This document shows, in pieces, positions 1 to 12,147 of a stretch of DNA of 64,000 nt. A program made the translations under genes and the position numbers. Position 1 is the stretch's first letter, and every line of letters begins with the position of its first letter. Source of the DNA: Macrostomum hystrix (lineage: Eukaryota; Animalia; Platyhelminthes); contig CATNEN010000038.1 in assembly GCA_950097015.1 (NCBI GenBank), positions 18,910,001-18,974,000 of the forward strand. Direction: 5' to 3'. The notes under the pieces are model-generated. The model saw only the letters and a program-made list of their open reading frames with translations. It searched no databases and was not told the origin of the DNA.

Positions 1-1959
1 TTTCTGTCAGCAGGCTTACGATTTCATTAACGAGATCCCCAATTTCCACTGAAAGCACACGAACTGGCGTTTATTTTTTTTTGACGAAAAGCCAAACATT
101 AAACGATCGCACAAGGTAAAATGATAAACTCCAAACTCAACAGCGGCATCTTGTCGAGGCGTACACAATGTCCATATTCACGATGCCCCGTGCTTCTTTT
201 AATTCTGGTGCTCACGCTTCTCTGTTTGTCAGTTTTTTTCTGCTTCTGTTTTCTGAAGCTTCTGTACCTTTTCTTGTTGCAAAATTTTAGTCTAAGGACA
301 TATGCACTTGATTCAAAAAGCTTTAGAACTGCTGAATGTGTATTTATCAGTGACGTGAGTTTCAATAAATTTTTTTCAACTAGTTAGCCTGTGCATCGAG
401 TTTTCCCACTATTTTTGGGGGGGACACTCCTCGTATTTACATATTTTTTTCTATATTTTCCTGCTAACGCTTGCAGCTATGCTCAAGAAATATTTTCATA
501 GTTTTGTATCGAATAACACTTGCTGCTGCACTCGAAAAAAACTTATCTTATTTTCTCACAGCGAGAAGGGTGATAAAAAATTAAACATATATTTTCTTTG
601 ACAGTAGCTAATCGAAAGCGCTTACCATTTATTCTCGAACCCAAAAAAAGCCTATAAAAATACATTTTAAAAAGTTACTTATTTATTTAACTGTTGGTGA
701 TTCTAGAGCAGAAGAAAAAAGAAGCAGTAATGCTGAAATTGGCCTGCATTCTGAAAAATAAGAAAAGTACTTTTCTTCGGAGCTAGATGAAAAGAAAGCG
801 GCACACAATGATCGAAGTCGAGACAAGGTTTGACAATGACAAGTTTGACAAGGAGGAGTGGTCTCGCTAGCATTGTGCATCATAAAAGCCCAATCATTGA
901 AATCTGCTATGTACGTTTCACTGATTCACATCAAATCACACAATCAGTCAAGAGACAAATTTATAAACGCACGTACGGGTCGAAAAGCAGTGACGTAATC
1001 CTATTCAATTGACAGTGTCTGGCCCTATTCTAAAGATAAAAAAATTACCTTAAAATTATTGCAGAAAAGGACTGCTTTTTCGAATATTTAATGCCTTTAG
1101 AATGAAGCAAATGCTTAGAAAATTAACGTGTACCATCTCATTTAGATAGCGAATCTAATTAACGGACAACACGTTTGCTAGAACAACGACAAGACCACTT
1201 TTTTACATTGAGTGAATTACCACACATATAGTTTTCATTATTAGTATAATTTTTGTTGATATTGATGAATTGCTCTACTCTAAGTAGGCATGTTAGGGCT
1301 TGTAAAAATGAGTATATTTATATATTTATATAATTTATAAATATAGCTTGATGGTACATGTACACGTTACAAATAAACAAAAATATGAGACATTAAATTA
1401 TCCTACAAAAGGTGAATATGTAGTGCATCTTAAAAAGGGCAAACTAAATATAAAAGGCAGATATGATATCAAAATCTCCCTGGGGAAGCTAATATGTTCT
1501 GCCAGCCCTTTCAAATGTTAGAATAAAACTAAAACCAATAACGTACACAAAACAATATTAATATTAATTGTAAACTAATGCTTTGAGAACCCAACAGTTT
1601 TAAAGTTAGATCAGTGCAATTCTAAAAGGGAGATAGAAAACTTTGAAAATTTTTATGAAAAAAAAACTAGAAAAGCGAAAAGATTGCGCGTACCTTGTGT
1701 CAGCTCGTGCTTGAAAAGAAATAAAAGAAATCAAATTCATTTCTTTTTTTTGTGTTTTTTTTTCAAAAAGAATTTCGTTCCATTGACGGGAAAACAAAAG
1801 GATTGCTTAGGCTGCTCCCGTTGGCGCAACGAAGATAGCGAAGGAATTGCAAAAAAATTGCGGATTTATCGAAGCAACTACCGTCACCACAAACGGCCTT
1901 TCGGAGTGGAAGGGCAAATTTAGCTTGACGCGTGTGAAGATTTTGACACCCGCGCACCT

Positions 1960-2162
1960 ACAGACACTTTTAGGTGTACATTCTGGAAGCGAAATTTATG
2001 GGCGAATGTACCTAGAGGGTTAGAGATTAGTGGGCGAATGTACATTTAGGGGTAGAGAATTATCAGCGAGTGTACATTCAGGGATAGAGAGTGGTTAGCG
2101 AATGTACATTTGGGGTAGACATTTAATGAATGTGTATTACGCACTCATTTAAAAGTGTCTGT
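1960..2162. mobile_element. Small MITE-like element with 13-bp terminal inverted repeats and internal ~32-bp tandem units
   Basis: ACAGACACTTTTA (1960-1972) is the exact reverse complement of TAAAAGTGTCTGT (2150-2162). The interior holds 4-5 degenerate copies of GGGCGAATGTACATTTAGGGGTAGAGA. No clear TSD. Confidence 0.55.
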
Positions 2163-2779
2163 CTTTTGCCCTACCAATCCGAAGGCTTTTAAAAGAGACT
2201 AGTACAGTCCTATTTTCAGCTATTTTAGAAACGAAAACATATAGAACTAAGAAGAGAATAATACAGCAAGTTTTTGCAACGAATTCAAAGATTTAAATAT
2301 TTTCTACGAGCATTGTAACATAGATCGGTTTACAGTGCCTGTCACTTGATATTAACAATTGTAAGCGTGACAGTAATATTCTATTGGAGAACAAAAATTA
2401 TAATGTAGAAAAAAATTAATTTAAATTAAATTATGATATAAAAATGTAACATAAAAAATCTAGATTAGAAAAAATAAAGAGAATAAGAAACAAAGACTAC
2501 AACAAAAGAATATTCAAATGAAAAACAGGCTACTTAAAAAAATAAACTCGGCAGATTGAGGGCACCAGAGATTTCCCTTAACTAGTAAAATTCAAACGAA
2601 AAAAACGATGCGACTTCAATGTTTTGAGCTCATTTGATAGATGTCATGCGACAGATTTTACTATCGGGTAGGCTTATTTAGATCCAAACATTTCTCAAAG
2701 TCCCTCAATCTGCGGACGGAGCAAAAGCTGGTCCACTTATGTACCGTTAACAATTTCTACCGATTCCAACCAGCAGCAG

Positions 2780-5700
2780 TTAAGCTTTCGTTTTATCACC
2801 AGAATCAGCAGCAATTTGAGCATTCTTAGCCGAGTCTGCTTGAGTCTTAGCATCCTTGGCTAGCATTAGCCGCTCCTTGTCCAGGGCTTCCAACAGTTTG
2901 GCGAGATCGCCCGAATTCAGACGCGAATTATCTGAACCCAGCATCTCGATCACCTGAGCAGGGATAAAAACAAATCAATGGATATCAATGAATATGGGAT
3001 AATTAGACACATTTATTTCATGGATCCTTAAATCGAATATGGGATAATTAGAGACATTTCGGGAATTCGTGAATTTAATATGGGATAATTTAATCTAATT
3101 TATAATTTATAATATAACTAAACATAATGGAAAATGGGATAATAGAAATGGGATAATAATGGGATAATTTAAATCCTAGTTTTACGGAAACATGAATGGG
3201 GTGGGGATGTTATAGACGGAGTTGATTAGACATGCGGAATTTCTCCTCACCTTAGTAACGTGATGAATTTCAATCTTGCCGTCGTTGTCCTCATCCAGCA
3301 GGGGCAGTATCTTCTCCCACTGATTGTCGTCCGGATTGCGTTGGAATCGTTTCAGAGCCAGCTGGAGGTCGTTCAGGGACAACAGCTGCTCGGTCAGCTG
3401 GCCGGAGGTGTCCTTCTCCATCTGCTCGCGAATCCGGCGCTCCAGATGCTGCCGCTCCAGCTGCACTTTGGTCATCATGTCGTCGATTTCGCCAACTAGC
3501 CGATTTAGCTTGCCGCTGAGCATGGCTTCGACCTTCGACGTTGGCGCCTCGTCCAACATCGGGGCGGCCGAAGCAGCTTTCGACTCTTTGAGGTCGCGAA
3601 TAGCCTGGTCTTGCAGAAGGCGCTCGCCGGCGACCTGCGAATATTGGGAAAGGAAACGCAAAGAATATGAACCAGCAAAACAAAGACCCTGACCCAGGCC
3701 GACCCAGATACACAAAGACTATGGCCAAACCTGACGAAGCAACACAAAGACCATGAACAAGCAACACAAAGACTGACCCAGCAACACAAAGACTATGACC
3801 CTACAACACAAAGACTATGACCCAGTGTGACCAAGCATCACAAAGACCATGAACAAGCAACACAAAGACTATGACCCAGCAACACAAATACCATGATCCA
3901 AATCCCGAACAAACCAACAACAAAGCGAACATAATAGTTAAACGGCAATCTCTCACCTGACTAATAGCCGACTCCAACTGTCTAAGTTCGCCAGTTCCAA
4001 CAACGCCGCGCAGTTTTTCGATTTCAGACACACCACCGTCGACTGTAATCTGTTCCGGCATCTGTTGCAGCTTTTCCAGCTGTTGCTGCAGACTGCCTGC
4101 TTCCAGAGACGCTGGAGCAGCAGCAGCAGCAGCGGCAGCGGCTCGACTAGCTTCAGCTTCAGCCTCTGCAACTTCAGCTGCCTCTTTGGCCACATCGGCG
4201 TCGGCAGATTTCAATGCCTCCAATCGGACGCGATTATCAGCGCCGGCTGATTTCGCTTCAACTGAGGCCACGGTGCGCTTGGGCAGGGCGGCGATCGTCT
4301 TGCGGAGAAGGTCCTCCGGCTCCAGCGAATCGGGGAAGTGCAGCGATCGAGACAGCAGCAGGAGGGAGGTCGGCACCTGGAGACCGGGGGGAGAGAAGGG
4401 AGAAATAAGAGAAAATGGAACACAAAAAATCCTGGACATCGGGACGTTTTCTAGTCTTTTAATCCTTTCTTTTAGGATTCCTAATCCCTTGCTAATCGAT
4501 CCCCAGTCACTAGGATTTGTAATCAAAGCAAAAGTTGCGCACCTTGCTATTAAGATGAAGGTCAAGCCACTGGGTTAGCTGCTGACGGAGTCGTTCCTCG
4601 GACAATCCCAGGGACCTCATGCCCCTGGCCCGACATGCCGCCTGCAGCTCGGCCACGTTAAGCTTGTCCAAGCCCTCCGCCTGAATCATTCGATCGTCCG
4701 CGTGCAGCTGTCTCAGTCTGATCTCTAATTGTAATTCAATTAAAGCCTTGGAACCGACAGCGGGCACATCCAGCAATTTGCAGATGGCGGCCAACTGGGG
4801 CCGTTCCAGATTGTCCAGCGTCAGCTCGTCGGCGAATAGGCGGGAGAAGCGCAACAGCTCGTCAGTGGTGGCGTACCGACCGGCTGTGCTGCATTTTTCA
4901 ACGAAATTGCGGAAATCGTCCAACGATTGCCGAACCTGGCAGCGAAATTAATACAGGTTTAATACATGCCAGCTATTGTTCCGTTTTTAAGTGGTAATAA
5001 ATGGCTGGTCAGTGTGGTCATATTATCAACTAACCAGGCGTAATGATAGCTTGGTGATATTTTCTAGGAGCTAGATTGTCAAGTCACACTGTCAAAAGGC
5101 TATACGTCGATATATTCAAGGGATTACACTGTCAAGGCTTCACAGAGTTAAGGGTTCCAAACGTCACATTATCAAGGGTGTCAAGGGGTCACCAAGGTTG
5201 TCAAGGAGTCACATTGTCAAATGATGTCCAGGGGTCGCATTGTCATCGGGACTATAAAATACAATGATATAGTTGTTCACCTCAGGAGGTTGTAGCCTAG
5301 TGGTTAGAATGTTGGACTCACGACTTGAAGGTCGGGGGTTCGATTTCCGAATATACTGGAACAATTTGTGTCCTTTAACAAGACACTCAACTCTGCATTA
5401 CTTCAGTTCACCCAGCTGTTCAATGGGTACCAGAATTAGTTGGGATAATTGAAGGTAGGTGTGGCGTCCCCCAGTCCATGGACTGAACAGCTGTACGCGC
5501 CGCGTAATGGCTGCGGCTGTGCTGTCGGCTGCACATCTGGCCCCATTGGGGCAGGTGTAATCAATTATAATCACCTCAGCGGTTGCATTCTTTGACTGGA
5601 AGCCTTCCTGCAGGGTGGCCTGCAAGAACTTGGCTGTCTCCAGTTTGGCTTTAAGCCTCAGTCTGAGTTTCTCGGCCTCCTTATCCTTCTGCTGGAAGGT

Positions 5701-6499
5701 GCTCGGCAGCATGAACGGCATGAACTTCAAATACAATGGCAGCAGCAGTTCCATGAAAGGCACCACAATGAAGAAGATGAATGGCACCATGCGGAATAAG
5801 TCGGCCACTGTGCGCACGAAATGCCGCCTCTCTCGCCTAGTGATAGTCTTGCCGCGCAGGTATTTTAATCCAATTCTGGTGGCTATTTTAATTTCCAATA
5901 TCAATAGTCGCATTCCGTTCCAATAATGAACTATTTCGTGCCAAATCCTCGCCGGCAGTGAGGGTTTCGGCGGCGCCGGGGTCAGCTGCTGCCCAGATTG
6001 GGCAGTTTGGATTTTCCCCTTCTCTTTTGACTCATCTGGGCTGGCGGCGCTACTCAGGCTCCGATGAAGTATTAGAAATCCATTGCTATTGTAACTGTTG
6101 CGGATGTGTTTTATTTTACTGACTCCATAGTTAGTAGTATATTGAAGTGTTGGCGATGAATGCAATCTGTGCAGTTGAAATGATGACTGACGAAAGTCCA
6201 TTGAACAGCCTCCAAAACTTGCTAAACAGCAGCGATGCAAATGCAGCCTGGCCTTCTGGATATTATGCTGCTGCAGACTGCTGCTTCTAAAAGATCATTG
6301 AGAAACTCCAGCTATATAAACACTGTAAACAGATTAATGTAGTTTTGAAACTGACACAAAAGGTTTTTCTTGGGCTGAGAGTTAAACTTCTCCCTCAGTA
6401 TGCTCCCTGAGCAAATAAAAAATAATTATATAATCACCTGTTGTACCATCTTGAGCATAGGGCAAGACGCTGGCTGTTTGCCAACAGAACATGTTGCAT
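2780..6499 (-). CDS. LETM1: LETM1 mitochondrial inner-membrane Ca2+/K+-H+ exchanger, 6 coding exons, ~714 aa
   Basis: Exons 6499-6438, 6286-5575, 4935-4543, 4376-3957, 3634-3251, 2953-2780 have GT-AG boundaries and consistent phases. LETM1 motifs: HEIVHYWNG, RRERRHFVRTVADLFRMVPF..FIVVPFMELLLP (TM), LFADELTLDNLERPQL, ELQAACRARGM. EF-hand DEDNDGKI. Basic presequence-like N-terminus. Confidence 0.95.
2990..3172. repeat. Degenerate intronic repeat (ATGGGATAAT core) in the last LETM1 intron
   Basis: About 6 copies of (AT)ATGGGATAAT. Confidence 0.6.
3660..3900. repeat. Degenerate ~22-bp intronic tandem repeat (CAACACAAAGACTATGACCCAG)
   Basis: Repeated CACAAAGAC(T/C)ATGA units inside LETM1 intron 3635-3956. 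Confidence 0.7.
5285..5562 (+). mobile_element. tRNA-derived CORE-like SINE, family A, copy 1
   Basis: Pol III A box TAGCCTAGTGG and B box GGTTCGATTTCC, followed by a CORE-like segment GTGTCCTTTAACAAGACACTCAAC...CACCCAGCTGTTCAATGGGTACC. Homologous to 10410-10680 and 48316-48476. Confidence 0.8.
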
Positions 6500-7717
6500 T
6501 TCCTAAATTGGCAAGCTGAAATAATTTATTAGGAATCATGCATAGACTTCTATTTCAGTATGACATAAGTTCAACTCTACTACAGATAGCTTATCAAATA
6601 GTTGAGATGCCATTGTTTCTAAGATGTTTCTAAGAAATTCACCATATAAATTTGCAACCTTTTGTTGTATGACTACTGATTTTTTGTTAAAATGTGAAAT
6701 TCTTTTAGGCCTACTATATGATTTTTTGTTAGAAATTGTCCACCATTGCAACTAAAAATTACTATAAATATAGACAACTAGAAAGAAGGAAAAACCACAG
6801 TGCCTATGGATTTACAGAATGGATAATTGGATAGCCAGATTAAAACCCACAAAAAAATAACTAGCAGTTAAGAAATATCATGCATATCAATTTTATAATA
6901 AGCTAATCTAGAAAGTTCACACATATTTTATTAAATCTGAAGTTTATGTTCTTTGATAATAGTTAATAAGGAAATAGATTTGCTGGAAAATGTTAAGTCT
7001 ATTCATTATTCTAATTATATATACATTTTATGTTATTAGCCAGCTGTAAACTAATACTGTTTCCCATATGTATCATGAGCACACTGCATTGGATAGTAGA
7101 GCTTTTGGTAGAGCTTGGTGGTGAGTGATTTTGATTCATTTGCCACTGTGCAAAGTGCAATGGGCATGAAAAGTAAAAATCAATGTGAGAGAGCATTTCC
7201 ATGCCACAATACACAACTAAAACATTCCAAAATGATGCATAGAAATTATAGACTCAGATAATCCAAGCTTTCTTATATTTAAAGGGCAAGGGCTCTCCTT
7301 ACCGCTTTCAAGATTCAGCAATTTAATTTACTGACAAATACAGAATTTGAGTTTAAAGGTAGCATAGTTTACCTTTAAACTCTGATTCTATTGGTTATTG
7401 GCTAATGCTTATTGGCTTTATTAAAAAACATAATAAAATGTATTAAATATTCCTTGACAGGCCCAGCAACTTGAAATATTCTAGATCTTAATTCAAAGCA
7501 AGAAAACGAGTCTAAGTTCAATCACGATTGACATATATAGGTAGCACGTTTGTCAGAAGCTAACAACTTATGTTTTTAGTTACTTTTTTGTAAAAGTTCA
7601 AGCACTTTAAAATTAGTAAAAAGGCAAGCTAGTATGTGCTAATATTTATTGTTGAGAACTAAACCTCCAACAAAAAATTAGATTCCCAGTGCAAACTTTA
7701 AAGTGTGAAGTCCTGTA

Positions 7718-8039
7718 CAGGGTTTTTTTATGCAAATATGGTGTCATTTACACCCTGAAATTTGGATTTGCACCCACTTTTTGGCACTGGATGCAACTCG
7801 TGCATCTGCATTTTTTGAGATCAAGATGCATGCAAGACATTTTTAGCAAAAGTTACAAACAAAACATAATGAATAAATATATTGTAAATAATGAAACAAT
7901 AAGATAATTAATTATTCATCCCAACAAAATTCGCAAATCTAGACCTAGATGCAAGTTGCAACCTGATTTTCATATTTGCATCCATTTTTAAGCTTGAGAT
8001 GCAAGCTTCCATCCACATTTTTGGCAGAAAAAAACCCTG
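7718..8039. mobile_element. MITE with CAGGG-ended TIRs (hAT-like termini)
   Basis: CAGGGTTTTTTTATGC versus GCAGAAAAAAACCCTG is a 15/16 inverted match. The internal motif GATGCAA/TGCATC is repeated. No 8-bp TSD. Confidence 0.65.
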
Positions 8040-8903
8040 GTAGGTCTACAGGTAGGTAGTATCTATTTCTAATATCAAAAAATTAGATTCTTAAGAGTGA
8101 AGTCCTGTCCGAGGTGATATCAACAAATTGCCGGTTTAAACCGGTGGATTCTGCGGAAATATCGCCCCTTCTAAGAAACAAGTGTATATTATAACAAGTT
8201 GAATTTTCCATTTAAATAAGTATTAGTCACTCAGCTAAGATACTGCCAAGTAAAATAAAAAAGTTTTCTAATATTTACGTAAAATAATTATTTGAGACCT
8301 ATACATACAGATCGCATAAACAAGTATTTTGACTTCTGAATGTTTTTCAATTATTTCTGTAGTCTCGTCTTTTTAGAATCTGGGAGTGGATCTGTATTTT
8401 TGCAATTAAATTATGTCTCAAACCCAACAGAAACCAATTTAACTGTGCTATGGTATTCGATGTAATCTTTTGTCTTCTAACTGTAAAAGTACTGAAATTT
8501 TATTTATTACATTTCCTTTACAACATAATAAACTTGTGAAACTTGAGTTAGTTTTCTATTATAATTTCATGATGACATTTATATAATTTATTAAAAACGT
8601 TTGCCTATTTATTTTGCTAAATCCTACTCTAGCTTTTGTCTTCAAAGGCATTAAAAAGTAAAATGTGCACTCTGTTCTGTATAGTAATTTCGCATCATTT
8701 TTATATCACGACTAGTTGGGCTACATGGCTAGATAACTAAGCATTTGCTGGAACTCACTTTTAAATACTTGATAATTTATTTTACGTTCGAAGTATCATA
8801 GGAATAAAACTTGTTTAAAAAAGTAGATTAAAATTTAGACTTAACTGAATTTTTTGCAGTGTCCTTCATCTAAAGCTTCAGCCGATTGCTGTTCCGCCCA
8901 GTG

Positions 8904-11369
8904 ATGAATGGTGCAACTCCAAGAACACAAAAAAGACAAGAAATCTGCCAACGAAGGTTGAACTATTTATTAAAAAATGGGGAGAGGCTACTAAAATGTA
9001 ATGGGTAAGTAAAAGCTTGGCGCATTTTCTGATATTTAAATCAATGTTAAGCATAGCGTGAAGCAAGAACTAAACAGTTAATTATTATGAATTTAAATTT
9101 CGATGCAGAAACTCGACCTATAGGTTAGATAGTCCAAATCCAAGCCTAAGCGCAGGATTTGCAACTCCTGAAGTCAGTGGTCGATCAGCCGAACAAATTA
9201 ACTGGCAAAACAGCCATGGAAATCAGGCCGGAAATCCATTTCAAGCAGCGCAAGAGAGATTCAACGATCAGTTTTCTAAGCCTACGGAATCTGCAGATGT
9301 CGACGAGGAAGAAGACCCGATTGAGTCTGAATTTCACACGCACCGACCTGAGCCAGATCTCAGTCTTGACGATGAAATTGGCTTAGCCACTTCGCGCAGC
9401 ACCGAGCTACTAGTGGAGACCCAGCGCAATCATCTACAGGACATTCTTCAGCAGTCGATGCGGTCCGCCAATGAAGTTCCCACATTTTCCTCGTTGAAAC
9501 AGACTGCTTCGGTTAGGTAAACCTTTACCATTCTATCCGCATATTTCAGTCACCTGTGTGAATAGATTTTCAATCCATTTTATTCCTCTACTTTTCCACT
9601 TCTACCCATGGTATAGATTAGACTAGCAATCCAATCCATCCAGATTCATTTAATCCCTAGTCATCAGATTATTTTTCGCCTTCCGCAGACCACACTTAAG
9701 AAGCCGAAGCTACAACCAGCAGCAGCTGCAGCAGCCGAGGCCTGAGCCGGTTGAGACCAATGCCTTTATTCGCGACTTGGAGCAGCGGCACAGGCTGCGT
9801 CAGTCGCGGCAGCTGCCGGATTATGATGCAATACTACGCGAGCTAGACGATGAACTGGACAGCGCTACAGATCGTCAGCAGCAGCAGCAGCAGCAGCAAG
9901 ACATCAAGAGCCATCTCACTCCCCCTTTTAGTAGCGACAGGCTCCGATTTCAGCAACAGCAACCGCAGCAGCAGCAGCAGCGTTCTGTAGCAAGTTTAAG
10001 GTGCGCTTCATTTAAATAATTTAACAATAAAAGTGCATCAAGCTCAAGCTAAGGTGGCACAGCTGGTGTGTGTTGGTGCCTCCCTTTGAAGGTCCAGAAT
10101 GTCCATTTGAACCTTCATAGACACATGCAGCACGCACGCTCTCACTCTTGAGTTTTGTTTCAAAACACCCGCACAGATCGCTTCAGTATTTGCATCAGCA
10201 GCAGCAGCAGCAGCAGCAGGCAGATTATCAGAGGCATCTGGACGCTGTGAAATGGCATCACGAAGATCTGCAGCGTCGGGTAGCCGAAGAATGGACCGAG
10301 CAGCGGCTGCGTGAAAGTAACTCTAGGGCGTCGTTGGAGCGATACTTTGCCAGCCTGCGACACATCAGCCCGAGATCTGAGGTTTGCCGGAGCGCTGAAT
10401 TAATGGTTTGGGGGTTGTCGCCTAGTGGTTAGAGCGCCTAGAAGGGTTCGATTCCCGACTCAATGGGAACAATTACTGTCCTCAAGCAAGACACTTAACT
10501 CTGCTTCAATTGCTTAAATCACCCTGCTTTTAAATGGGTACCAGCATCAGCTGGGGTAATTGAGGGTTGGTGTGGCGTCCATGGACTGAACAGCCGTAAG
10601 CAGCTTTCAGATGCGCAGCGCAATAGCTGCTGCTGTGCGGTTGGCTATACGTGTATGACCGGATTGTAGCACGTGTAATAAGAACTGTACTAAGTCTACT
10701 TGTTTACTTTTGTTTGAGTATCGCAGAGCTAAGCAGAGCGATGAAGTGCGAGTATTGATGAATTACGAGTATATACGAATTATATGCGCGATACTAACAA
10801 GGCATCTAAAAATCAGATAAAGCACAAAGGCAAAAAATATCGCAACTTCGGCCCAAATTTCGCGTCATGATCTTATATTTCTACTGCCAGTAGACAAAAG
10901 GCGAAGTAAAAAAATTTTTTTTCCTAATCAGGCAGAAGAAATTGCTCAGCAATTTGAGCCAGTGCCGGATTCACCTTCATCAGTCGCTGCCACCTCCGCC
11001 GCCCCTCCATCCGCCTCCTCGTTGATCCTCTGTCCTGACTGCGGCGAAGCCTGCGACGCTAAAGCCAACCTGAGCTGGTGCCAGAACTGCGGCTGCTGCC
11101 TGATAGTCGACAAGCGCAGCAGTTGTCAGGATGTTGAGGAAAGACTGCCAACTGCGCCAGAAGAAAAGGAAGAAAATAGCAGATCTGGTGAACCGGGCGA
11201 CGAGCGACTGGACGGCTGGGAAACCGTGTCAGAGTCATCGTCGGGGTCAGGCGTATCATCAACCGTTACATCGCTGCCAGCGATTCGGCGTCACAGCTGG
11301 AAGCAGCAGCGGGATCTTCTGCCACCCGACCTGCTGCAACAGCTGCGACTCAACTTGCCCGTTGATTGA
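8904..11369 (+). CDS. Uncharacterised Q-rich protein (~487 aa) with a C-terminal CxxC...CxxC zinc-ribbon-like motif
   Basis: Exons 8904-9004, 9109-9516, 9689-10000, 10177-10381, 10932-11369 join in frame with GT-AG sites. Contains CPDCGEACDAKANLSWCQNCG and polyQ tracts. The start codon is uncertain. Confidence 0.7.
10410..10680 (+). mobile_element. CORE-like SINE, family A, copy 2
   Basis: TCGCCTAGTGGTTAGAGC...GGTTCGATTCCC...GTCCTCAAGCAAGACACTTAAC...AAATGGGTACCAG...GTGTGGCGTCCATGGACTGAACAGC, shared with 5285-5562. Confidence 0.8.
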
Positions 11370-12147
11370 TTGATTGATTGATTGACACGTATATCAATGG
11401 AAAGCTTTTCAATGATAGCAGTTAGTGTATTTACAGATTATTTTGAATGATTGCATAATTTACTAATCACATATGTTTGAATAACATGTTTTTGTATGCA
11501 GTTATTATATAATAATACTAATACTGATATAGATTTAAAAAACATTTTATTTTATTATTGTAAAAAATAAACAAAAATATCAAGCTAGAAACTGTATGCT
11601 ATATCATTGTGAACTTTTTAGGCGAGAAGTCATTTAAGCTACTTGTAGTAGTGTATCGGTAAATTATAAAGTTATTTTTATGCCAAATTTTCCTTAAATA
11701 CAGATTCATATCAGTACTAGTAGAAAGTTACATTTAAACTCTAATAATTAATTTGAGTCCACAATATCGCTGATGTGCTGAATGACTCAAGCCGTTAAGT
11801 AATAAAAACGGAGAAAGATGTTCATTCATTCCCCTTATTCTCTTACACATTTGTTTAGCCTGCAATGTCTATATGTGAACATAAATACATACATTCTTAA
11901 AATGTCAACTTTAAATTTCTTTCTAATAACTATCATATTGATTGTTATTAATATATATATAGAAAACTATTTTTTTACTCTTTATCGCTAAATTGAAGCT
12001 AAGTTTATCACGTACATTTTTTGTTTTGTACAAATTGAATCGTACAATAAAGGCACCAACAAGAGACGCCAATGAAATAGGCAAACATTTCAACAACCTA
12101 AAACGTGATTTTTGTGTCATAACTTTCAGCTTTATAATGTAACAAAA

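Noticed and set aside
99-1957. Short ORFs at the window start
   Set aside because: AT-rich and low-complexity, with no recognisable domain or exon structure.
5285-5352. tRNA gene
   Set aside because: A and B boxes are present but there is no proper acceptor stem. It continues into a body shared with other dispersed copies, so it is a SINE head.
8087-8452. Upstream ATG-less coding exons of the orphan gene needing a spliced-leader AUG
   Set aside because: This requires weak donors. An in-frame ATG at 8904 with a consensus GTAAGT donor is more parsimonious.
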